Source: Nostoc sp. (GTDB lineage: Bacteria; Cyanobacteriota; Cyanobacteriia; Cyanobacteriales; Nostocaceae). From it: a stretch of DNA of 64,000 nucleotides. Positions 8,904 to 17,355 of this stretch are shown one piece after another. The notes beneath the pieces were generated by a model. That model worked only from the letters and a program-made list of their open reading frames with translations. It was not told where the DNA came from and searched no databases. The position numbers and the translations under genes are program-made. Where the stretch lies: contig JBALDB010000031.1 in NCBI GenBank assembly GCA_036918135.1, positions 55,838 to 119,837 of the forward strand. The letters are read 5' to 3'. Position 1 is the first letter of the stretch; every line of letters starts with the position of its first letter.

Positions 8904-10394
8904 ATGACAATTGATGCGATCGTGATTGGATCTGGAATTGGGGGATTAGTAACAGCGACTCAGTTAGCAGCCAAGGGAGCGAAAGTGTTGGTACTGGAAC
9001 GTTATTTGATCCCAGGTGGTAGCGCTGGTTATTTTGAGCGCCAAGGCTATCGATTTGATGTTGGGGCATCAATGATTTTTGGTTTGGGACAAAACGGCAC
9101 CACCAACTTGCTCACCCGTGCATTGTCAGCTGTGAATGTCAGCCAAGAGGCGATCGCAGATCCAGTGCAAATTCACTATCATCTACCTCAAGGTTTAAAC
9201 TTGAAAGTTGACCGGGTTTATGAAAAATTTTTGCAAAATCTTACTGCTCATTTTCGCCACGAAGAACAAGGAATTCGTCGCTTTTATGACGAATGCCAAA
9301 AAGTATTTAACTGTCTTAACAACATAGATTTACTGTCGCTAGAAGAACCCAGATATCTACTGCGGGTATTTTTTCAGCATCCTTTGGCCTGTCTCGGTTT
9401 AGTTAAGTATCTGCCCCAAAATGCTGGGGACGTGGCGCGACGCTACATCAAAGACCCCCAATTATTGAAATTTATTGATATGGAGTGTTATTGCTGGTCG
9501 GTGGTTCCAGCAGACATGACGCCAATGATTAATGCTGGGATGGTCTTTTCTGATAGGCATTACGGGGGAGTGAACTATCCTAAAGGTGGAGTAGGACAAA
9601 TTGCTCAAAAACTAGTTGAAGGTTTAGAGAAGGCTGGAGGTAAGATTCAGTACCAAGCCAAGGTCACGAAAATTCTTACACAACGGGGACGAGCAGTGGG
9701 TGTGCAGTTGGCTAATGGTAAAGTATACCACGGTAAACGCATAGTCTCTAATGCTACACGATGGGATACATTTGAGCAATTACTACCAGTAGAACAAATC
9801 CCTAATAATGAGAAAAAGTGGCAACAAAATTATCAAAAATCACCTAGCTTCTTGAGTTTACACATGGGAGTAAAACAATCAGTTTTACCTGCGGGGACAG
9901 AGTGCCACCACATTTTGCTGGAAGACTGGGAAAAAATGACAGCGGCGGAAGGAACAGTTTTTGTTTCGATTCCTACATTGCTTGACCCAGATTTAGCACC
10001 AAGTGGATATCATATCATTCATGCCTTCACACCTCACTGGATTGATGATTGGCAAAAACTTTCTTCGAGTGAATACGAAGTGAAGAAAGAAGAGGCGGCT
10101 TGGCGAATTATTAACCGCCTAGAGAAAATTTTTCCCGGCTTAGATGCAGGATTGGATTATTTGGAGGTAGGAACACCCCGCACTCATCGCCGCTTTTTAG
10201 GTCGTAAGGATGGCACATATGGGCCAATTCCCCAACGCAAGTTACAGGGGTTGTTGAAGATGCCGTTTAATCGCACTGCTATTCGAGGACTTTATTGCGT
10301 AGGGGATAGTACTTTTCCTGGTCAGGGATTGAATGCAGTAGCTTTTTCTGGATTTGCCTGCGCCCACCGCATTGCCGTAGATTTAGGATTGTAA
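8904..10394 (+). CDS. crtH: Carotenoid isomerase CrtH
   Basis: FAD-binding GSGIGG, GYRFDVGASMIFG, DMECYCWS, CVGDSTFPGQGLNAVAFSG. Confidence 0.93.
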   Translation: MTIDAIVIGSGIGGLVTATQLAAKGAKVLVLERYLIPGGSAGYFERQGYRFDVGASMIFGLGQNGTTNLLTRALSAVNVSQEAIADPVQIHYHLPQGLNLKVDRVYEKFLQNLTAHFRHEEQGIRRFYDECQKVFNCLNNIDLLSLEEPRYLLRVFFQHPLACLGLVKYLPQNAGDVARRYIKDPQLLKFIDMECYCWSVVPADMTPMINAGMVFSDRHYGGVNYPKGGVGQIAQKLVEGLEKAGGKIQYQAKVTKILTQRGRAVGVQLANGKVYHGKRIVSNATRWDTFEQLLPVEQIPNNEKKWQQNYQKSPSFLSLHMGVKQSVLPAGTECHHILLEDWEKMTAAEGTVFVSIPTLLDPDLAPSGYHIIHAFTPHWIDDWQKLSSSEYEVKKEEAAWRIINRLEKIFPGLDAGLDYLEVGTPRTHRRFLGRKDGTYGPIPQRKLQGLLKMPFNRTAIRGLYCVGDSTFPGQGLNAVAFSGFACAHRIAVDLGL

Positions 10395-10412
10395 AATCTA
10401 AAATCTCGGCGC

Positions 10413-10802
10413 TTAGAGAAATAGTCTCCGCAAAAAGCCTAATAAACTGAGTGCAAAATCTATGTTTATTTGAGTTTTACGTGCAGCGTCAATTTCCTTT
10501 AATATTTTCTGCATTTCGGCTAGATTTTCTGGAGCGATTCCAATGATATCTCTATCTAGAATCGCTGCTGTTACACTATCAAGAATATCTTCACAGTCAA
10601 TAAGTGCTAATTCCAACTTATTTATTTCCTCCCAGTTTTTTTGTTTTTGAGCATTTAAAAGTTCAAATTGCAGTCCAGAGCGAATATTTATTAAATTTTC
10701 TTGGGTAGTTTTTAGTTTTTGTAAATCAATTTGATTATTAGAAGTTGCTTGAAATTGAGAAATTATCTCAGTAAAATTATTTAAAATTTTTTCGTTTATC
10801 AT
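10413..10802 (-). CDS. Hypothetical helical/coiled-coil protein
   Basis: 129-aa ORF with heptad pattern and amphipathic C-terminus FALSLLGFLRRLFL. Confidence 0.65.
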   Translation of the reverse strand: MINEKILNNFTEIISQFQATSNNQIDLQKLKTTQENLINIRSGLQFELLNAQKQKNWEEINKLELALIDCEDILDSVTAAILDRDIIGIAPENLAEMQKILKEIDAARKTQINIDFALSLLGFLRRLFL

Positions 10803-10819
10803 TATTTATATGAAATATT

Positions 10820-11788
10820 TTATTGACATAGTTCAGATTTCGGTGATTGCGTTTGTTTGTTTTGAAGAGAGATTTCTTGAAGAAATACCCTCAACGTCTC
10901 ATCTTGATTTACCTCTTGTTCAACGGTATTAATCTTTGCAAGTATTGAACTAGAGTCATTTCCAGTAACACTGGTAGCTACTCCCACAATTTGAGTAACT
11001 CTAGTAGCAATAACTTCAAAATTAAGATGAGGATAGTCATCAATAAGTTTTGAAAGTTTTTGTCCTGTTTCAGCTGCTACCAAAAGCTTAAAAATAGATT
11101 CATTCAAACTTTGTTGTTCGCTGGCATTAACTTTTCGCCATTCATCTATTTGTTCGGCAACTTGACGTTTAATTTCTTCTAATTCTGGCTGTGAAGCTAT
11201 AGTTAATTTTTGATACTGCTCTCTGAGACGCTGTAGTTTAAAGCTAATCAGCACTCTTTGCGGATCGTTTGGTCTTGGTGGTCTTTCCTGAATCTCTTTG
11301 GCTAAGAGTAACATTTTGACTGTTAAGCAGCGTGCAGGTTTGGCAGTTTGAGCAACTATCCTAGCACTGTCGTAATCTATTGTTTCAATTTTATTAAATA
11401 TCTCTGCTGCTGTGTCATATTCTGCTTGCAACGCATCAAGTACTCGATCCACTTGTGATGGCTGAGTATTTAGTTGATTTTTACCTGTGATAATTCGATT
11501 GACTTCTCCAGTAATTCCGAATTCAATACTAGGATCGTTCAGTAATCGTTCAACAACTAAATTATCATCTCTCGGTAAATCATTAAGTTGGTAGATTTTT
11601 TTTACAGATGTAATAGCATCAGCGGCGCGATCGCGAAAATTTTGTGCAGTTACTCGCAGCATCGCTCTTTTTTGAGGCGTACAACTACTGAGGGTCAGGC
11701 TGATGGTAGAAGTTAGTATACAAATTTTCCATAAACTTAATTTTTTAATTGTATAAAGTCTCATAAAATCTACTGCTTTGTAACTCAA
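10820..11788 (-). CDS. Hypothetical coiled-coil lipoprotein
   Basis: Basic N-terminus, hydrophobic stretch, lipobox LSSC and long predicted helices. Start could be ATG at 11764. Confidence 0.72.
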   Translation of the reverse strand: MSYKAVDFMRLYTIKKLSLWKICILTSTISLTLSSCTPQKRAMLRVTAQNFRDRAADAITSVKKIYQLNDLPRDDNLVVERLLNDPSIEFGITGEVNRIITGKNQLNTQPSQVDRVLDALQAEYDTAAEIFNKIETIDYDSARIVAQTAKPARCLTVKMLLLAKEIQERPPRPNDPQRVLISFKLQRLREQYQKLTIASQPELEEIKRQVAEQIDEWRKVNASEQQSLNESIFKLLVAAETGQKLSKLIDDYPHLNFEVIATRVTQIVGVATSVTGNDSSSILAKINTVEQEVNQDETLRVFLQEISLQNKQTQSPKSELCQ

Positions 11789-12100
11789 ATAAAGTAAAAA
11801 ATTTTACTATTTATTGTTATATAGTGTGGAAGTAATTCTAAATTTTGCTGCGTCTGAACTAAATTTTTGTCTCGATTCCACTGTAATTCTCCGAAATAAT
11901 ACTTATTAATTTCAAGTATTATAAAATAATACCTCAGGAAATATACTAGTAAAATTAAATATTCTTAAGCGATACTATTTGCGATTTTTAATAATTTACA
12001 AAACTTTTTATAAGTGTGCTTTAATGGTGAGCGGCTTTTGCTGGTTCATGAATTTTCATCACACGAAAAGCAATCACTAATGCTCCTCACACACAAAGAA

Positions 12101-13411
12101 ATGATTCTAAAAGCAAGCTGGTTTCTACCTAGCTTCTTGAGTTTGTTCCTATTTAGCTCTACTGTCAAAGCTGCGGCGATCGCCAATTGGCATTTCGATC
12201 GCAATGACAATCATCTAGACTTCACTACAGATGTAAATGTTCAACCTAAAATCCAACTACTGACAAATCCTACCCGTCTGGTAATTGATTTGCCTGGAGT
12301 TACACCAGGATATCCACAGACAAGCGAAATCGGGTCGGTAATTCAAGACATTCGCATTGGGCAGTTGAATGCACAGACTACCCGTATGGTAATTACCTTA
12401 GCATCCGGTTACACCTTCGACCTAGCACAGGTAAAACTGCAACAACAATCTCCCGATCGTTGGTCTGTGCAGTTACCCCAACCAGTACCACTGACTGCAA
12501 CCCAGCCCAAATCTTTAGAAATAACTCCCACTAGTACTTCTGTAAGAGTGGGTGATTCTTTGTTTGCTGGCGTGGTTCCTATGCATTCACCAATGAGAGC
12601 ACTCGAACCTGAAGTTAAAGCCTTGATGAGTCGCTATAGTTTTCTGAAAACAGGAATGTTTTTTCTAGATTTGGATACTGGCGATTATCTTGATATTGGA
12701 GGCGATCGCGTTTTCCCCGCCGCTAGTACGATTAAACTGCCAATTCTCATCGCCTTTTTCCAAGATTTAGATGCTGGTAAAGTCACCCTAGAAGAAAAGC
12801 TAACCATGCGCCATGACTTGGTGACCAACGGTTCTGGAACTATGCAGTATGAACGAGTTGGTAATAAATACACGGCTTTGGAAACCATCACCAAGATGAT
12901 TACCATCAGTGACAATACTGCCACCAACATGATTATCGATCGCTTGGGTGGAGCAGCGAAACTGAATCAGCGCTTTCGCAGTTGGGGACTAAAAGACACA
13001 GTAATTCGGCATCTTTTGGCTGACTTGAGAGGAACCAATACCACTAGTTCTCAAGACATGGCGCGGGTGCTGGCTTTGTTAGTTAACAACAAGCTAGTTT
13101 CTTTACAAAGTCGGGAGCAAGCCTTAGATATTCTGCGTCACACCACTATTCACACACTGCTTCCCGCAGGTTTGGGGAAAGGTGCAGTTATCGCCAACAA
13201 AACCGGAGATATCGGCTTTCTCATCGGCGATGCAGGATTTGTAACTATGCCTAGTGGTAAGCGGTATCTGGCGGCTATTTTCGTCACGCGTCCTTATAAA
13301 GATTCCAGGGGAAGAGACTTTATCCGTCAAGTTTCCCGACTAGTCTACGATTACTTGAGTCAGCCCAACCCGGTGGCTGCGGTTGATTCGTCTAATAGTG
13401 CTACGAGGTAA
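12101..13411 (+). CDS. AMIN-domain class A beta-lactamase-like serine hydrolase (PBP-A type)
   Basis: Signal peptide, AMIN (NPTRLVIDLPG...RIGQ...TTRMVI), STIK, SDN and KTG motifs. ATG 12101 preferred over 12014. Confidence 0.88.
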   Translation: MILKASWFLPSFLSLFLFSSTVKAAAIANWHFDRNDNHLDFTTDVNVQPKIQLLTNPTRLVIDLPGVTPGYPQTSEIGSVIQDIRIGQLNAQTTRMVITLASGYTFDLAQVKLQQQSPDRWSVQLPQPVPLTATQPKSLEITPTSTSVRVGDSLFAGVVPMHSPMRALEPEVKALMSRYSFLKTGMFFLDLDTGDYLDIGGDRVFPAASTIKLPILIAFFQDLDAGKVTLEEKLTMRHDLVTNGSGTMQYERVGNKYTALETITKMITISDNTATNMIIDRLGGAAKLNQRFRSWGLKDTVIRHLLADLRGTNTTSSQDMARVLALLVNNKLVSLQSREQALDILRHTTIHTLLPAGLGKGAVIANKTGDIGFLIGDAGFVTMPSGKRYLAAIFVTRPYKDSRGRDFIRQVSRLVYDYLSQPNPVAAVDSSNSATR

Positions 13412-13443
13412 AATAAGCGATCGCTTCGGTATACCCTCTTGCC

Positions 13444-13475
13444 CTTAGGAAAATCATAACAATGATTTTCCTAAG
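13444..13475. terminator. Perfect 14-bp hairpin between convergent genes
   Basis: CTTAGGAAAATCAT-AACA-ATGATTTTCCTAAG. Confidence 0.55.
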
Positions 13476-13635
13476 TAATTGTCTGACAAACTTATTTTTA
13501 ATTATTCACTTAAAATCTGTTAGAGGTTTTTTGATTGGGTAAATTAGGCAAATACTGAATGAACCATCGAACTCACGTCAGGTTATGGCTGTTTTATCCT
13601 GAAAAACTTTTTGTTGCACAAGCGAGAATATTGGC

Positions 13636-14472
13636 TTAAACATTGTGCAATTGATAGCAGATACTCTTGTTAAATGAAACCTGCTTGAACGAGCTATCCA
13701 AGTTGATAGTCGTCTCGGCGCTACCGAGAAATAGGTAGCCATCTGTTCTTAATTGCTGTTTTACTTTTCTGAGCAAGTCTTTTTTAGTCGCTATACTATA
13801 GTAGATTAAAACATTACGTAGAAATATCACATCGATTTCGGGAAGGGATGACCAAGATTGCATCAAATTGAGCTGATGAAACTCTGCCATTTGGCGAATT
13901 TCCTCCTTTATTTGCCAGTTATTATCTAGTCTGTGAAAGTATTTGTCACGCAGATTTTTAGGTAGTCCACGCTTAATTTCAAGTTGGTTGTAATGCCCTT
14001 TTTGAGCACGCGCTAAAACTTTGGTAGAAAAATCGCTAGCAATTAGCCTGAGAGACCAATTGGTAAGTAAGGGAAAATGTTCGCGAATTAGCATCGCAAT
14101 GCTGTAGGGTTCTTGTCCATTAGAGCAACCAGCGCACCAAATGTTTAGCGATCGCTCAATTGCTCGTTTTTTGATTAACTCTGGTAGTATGTATTGTTTG
14201 AGGGCTTCAAAAGGGTGACCATCGCGAAAAAATGAGGTTTCGTTAGTGACTAATGCCTCGATTGTCTGGACGTGAAGATTGTTAAACGGTTGAGTCCGTA
14301 GATGTGCCACCAGTTCAGCAATGGCAGCGAATCCTGCTGATTCTGCTATTGGTTGTAAGTGTAGCTCCGCTAGATAGGTTTTCTCAGCAGACAAGACAAC
14401 TGCTGTATGCTCGCCAACTAATTGACGAAGATAATCAAAATCATTGGTACTCACACCCTTAGTCTGTTTCAT
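13636..14472 (-). CDS. cheR: Chemotaxis methyltransferase CheR
   Basis: TNETSFFRD, IWCAGCSNGQEPYS, DVIFLRNVLIY, GYLFLGSAE. Confidence 0.95.
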   Translation of the reverse strand: MKQTKGVSTNDFDYLRQLVGEHTAVVLSAEKTYLAELHLQPIAESAGFAAIAELVAHLRTQPFNNLHVQTIEALVTNETSFFRDGHPFEALKQYILPELIKKRAIERSLNIWCAGCSNGQEPYSIAMLIREHFPLLTNWSLRLIASDFSTKVLARAQKGHYNQLEIKRGLPKNLRDKYFHRLDNNWQIKEEIRQMAEFHQLNLMQSWSSLPEIDVIFLRNVLIYYSIATKKDLLRKVKQQLRTDGYLFLGSAETTINLDSSFKQVSFNKSICYQLHNV

Positions 14473-15545
14473 TACAGACCCGAATTAGGAATTTGATTGT
14501 AACGAATTCGGCCCATAATTTCACTTGCCATTCGGTCAAGGCTAACAATTCCATCGGCAAGTCCAGCATTAACCACAAAACCAGGCATTCCCCACACCAC
14601 GCTACTAGCTTTGTCTTGTGCAAGCACTTGTCCCCCTGCCTCGCGGATGCACTGACAGCCATGTAACCCATCTTGCCCCATCCCTGTGAGGATGACTGCC
14701 ATTGCCCCGGCACCATAAACCTCTGCCACCGAGCGCAACATCACATCTACTGAAGGACGACAGGAATTTTCTCTCGCTGCTTGATGAGTAGCAAGTCGAA
14801 CTACACCTTTATCGCGTTGTACAACTAAATGAAAATCTCCTGGTGCAATCCAAGCTTGTCCGGGTTCTAATACCACTCCGGGAATTGCTTCATTCACTTG
14901 GATTTGACATTTAGAAGCTAATCGTTCAGCTAATAGTTTCGTAAACATGGGGGGCATATGTTGCACAATCAAGATCGGAACTGATAAATCGGCTGGAAAC
15001 TCTCTAAGCATTATAGTCAGGGCATTAGGGCCGCCAGTAGAAACCCCAATTGCTACAACATCTACCCGCTTGGAATTGGCAGAAGCGGGAAAAACAACTC
15101 GATGACCAATCTTGCTTGGTATGGGAAAGGGAGTAGTTCCTCCACCAAATACTTTGATTTTGGGAATTAAATCCTCTTGAATATGTTGAGTTATCGCCTC
15201 TACACTTTTTAAATTACTGGGTTTTGTTGCATAATCTGAAGCTCCCAAAGACAGAGCTTCGAGCGTTGCGCTAGCCCCAGCCCACGTAGAGGTACTGAAC
15301 ATAATCACTGGTAGGTGGGGATAAATTTGTCGAATAGCAGACAGAGTTTGTAAACCATCCATTTCTGGCATTTCGATATCGAGGATCGCAACATCGGGAT
15401 TGAGCTGGGAAATTTTGGCAAGGGCGATGCGACCGTTAGCAGCGACTCCTACCACTTCTAATCCCGGATCGATGGACAAAATCTTACTGACTCGACTCCG
15501 AACTAGTACCGCATCATCAACAATTAGTACCCGGATCTTGGGCAT
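14472..15545 (-). CDS. cheB: REC-CheB methylesterase
   Basis: N-terminal receiver; GVSTGGP, VQHMP, RPSVD, LTGMGQDG. Confidence 0.96.
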   Translation of the reverse strand: MPKIRVLIVDDAVLVRSRVSKILSIDPGLEVVGVAANGRIALAKISQLNPDVAILDIEMPEMDGLQTLSAIRQIYPHLPVIMFSTSTWAGASATLEALSLGASDYATKPSNLKSVEAITQHIQEDLIPKIKVFGGGTTPFPIPSKIGHRVVFPASANSKRVDVVAIGVSTGGPNALTIMLREFPADLSVPILIVQHMPPMFTKLLAERLASKCQIQVNEAIPGVVLEPGQAWIAPGDFHLVVQRDKGVVRLATHQAARENSCRPSVDVMLRSVAEVYGAGAMAVILTGMGQDGLHGCQCIREAGGQVLAQDKASSVVWGMPGFVVNAGLADGIVSLDRMASEIMGRIRYNQIPNSGL

Positions 15546-15568
15546 TGGAGATTAGGGATAATAAAAAA

Positions 15569-16876
15569 CTAATAAATGAACTGGCTAACGACTTTTTGCA
15601 AATCTACTGCCATGCGAGATAATTCTGTAGCTGCCTGTAACGTATTACTAGTTCCAGTTGTTGTATTTTGAGTATTTAATGCCACAACGGCGATATTTTT
15701 GGCAATATCAGATGTTCCTTTGGCTGCTTCACCGATATTGCGGCTAATTTCATTCGTAGTTGCTGTTTGTTCTTCAATAGCGCTTGCGATCGTGCTTTGA
15801 AAGTCGTTGATTTGATTGATAATATCAGTAATCTGAGTAATGGCTTGAACGGCAGCTGTTGTATCTGTCTGAATTGCTTCAATGCGCTGGCTAATATCTT
15901 CAGTGGCATTTGCTGTTTGTTTGGCTAATTCTTTCACCTCGTTTGCGACTACAGCAAATCCTCTACCTGCATCTCCGGCTCTTGCTGCCTCAATTGTGGC
16001 ATTGAGCGCCAGCAAGTTTGTTTGCCCAGCGATCGCGGTAATAACTTTAATTACTTTACCAATTTCGATACTGCTTTGACCAAGTTTATTGATTGTTTGA
16101 TTCGCGCGATCGGCGGTTTTAACTGCTTGATTGGCGACTTTTGCCCCTTCGATCGTGGTCTTAGCAATTTCTTGAATGCTGGCATTCATCTGTTCTACGG
16201 CAGTCACAATTGTACTGCTATTCTGGCTCACCTGTTCGGCAGAGGCAGATGCAAAGATTGCCTGTTGAGCGGTTTCTTCGGCGTTTTGAGTCATTTGTTT
16301 GCTGACTGCGGTCAATTCTTCTGATGAAGACGCAACTGCTGTCGCCACCTCTGCCATCTGTCTGATTGAAGACCTCAAGCTACTAATCATCTGATTGGCA
16401 TTATCTGTGACCTGCTTAAATTCTCCAGCATTGCGTTGCTGAATTTGTTTGGATAAATCTCCTTGAGCTACCACAACCGTGACTTCATTAATACTTTTTA
16501 TTTGCTCTGTTAAGTTTGTAGACATTTGGTTAAAGTTATCCACTAATTCTCGCCAACTCCCCTGCGCTCCTTTAACGATGGCTTGAGAACCGAGCTTCCC
16601 TTCAGTACCAATCTCGAATGTTAAGCGAGAAATTTCTTGAGCAAAGTTTTGGTTTATACTTACCAATTCATTAAAAACCAAAACAATTTCACTCAGTTCA
16701 TTATTTTCCACGGGTAAACGGACGCTAAAATCACCATTTTTTGCGGCTTTGAGTGCTGATAGTAACGCTTGCAGTTGCTCTTTTGTTACACTCTCATCGT
16801 TCGGCGAAGTTAGACTATTCTCCAAAGGAGATTTAGAGTTGGCTGTTTTTGCAGCCCGATTTGTAGTCATTGCCAA
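15569..16876 (-). CDS. Cytoplasmic methyl-accepting chemotaxis protein with HAMP repeats
   Basis: [37 protein letters not shown] hairpin; no TM segment; GDFSVRLP and GDLSKQI HAMP motifs. Confidence 0.93.
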   Translation of the reverse strand: MAMTTNRAAKTANSKSPLENSLTSPNDESVTKEQLQALLSALKAAKNGDFSVRLPVENNELSEIVLVFNELVSINQNFAQEISRLTFEIGTEGKLGSQAIVKGAQGSWRELVDNFNQMSTNLTEQIKSINEVTVVVAQGDLSKQIQQRNAGEFKQVTDNANQMISSLRSSIRQMAEVATAVASSSEELTAVSKQMTQNAEETAQQAIFASASAEQVSQNSSTIVTAVEQMNASIQEIAKTTIEGAKVANQAVKTADRANQTINKLGQSSIEIGKVIKVITAIAGQTNLLALNATIEAARAGDAGRGFAVVANEVKELAKQTANATEDISQRIEAIQTDTTAAVQAITQITDIINQINDFQSTIASAIEEQTATTNEISRNIGEAAKGTSDIAKNIAVVALNTQNTTTGTSNTLQAATELSRMAVDLQKVVSQFIY

Positions 16877-16887
16877 GCGCTCCTCAA

Positions 16888-17355
16888 TTACTCAGTAAGC
16901 TGATTTATCAAATTAACATTTAGAATTTTTTCAGCATCTAAAACTAGCACAAATCCATCTGGGAGAGGATAAGCTCCTGCTAGCATCGAAAGCATTTTAC
17001 CTTTTAAGGTTGCAGGTGGGGGTTGAAACGTGTTCTGTGGGAACTCTAAGACATCACCAATATTATCCACGAGCAGACTGACTACTTCATCGTCAGAACG
17101 GACAATGATATTAAATCCCTGTGGCTGCTCTACAAATTTTATATTTGATTGTGTCTGCGGCTCGCTCATTTCTAATCGGCGTTGCAAATCGATTACAGTA
17201 ATAATTTGTCCGCGTAAATTAATCAAGCCGCAGATATCTGGTGGAGCTAAAGGTATACGAGTTATTGCTTGGGGGCGAATCACTTCTTGAACCTGTAGCA
17301 CGTTAATACCAAAATAAACTCCTTTAAGAAAAAATGTGCAAAGTTGTTCACTCAT
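16888..17355 (-). CDS. cheW: CheW adaptor
   Basis: [35 protein letters not shown]. Confidence 0.95.
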   Translation of the reverse strand: MSEQLCTFFLKGVYFGINVLQVQEVIRPQAITRIPLAPPDICGLINLRGQIITVIDLQRRLEMSEPQTQSNIKFVEQPQGFNIIVRSDDEVVSLLVDNIGDVLEFPQNTFQPPPATLKGKMLSMLAGAYPLPDGFVLVLDAEKILNVNLINQLTE

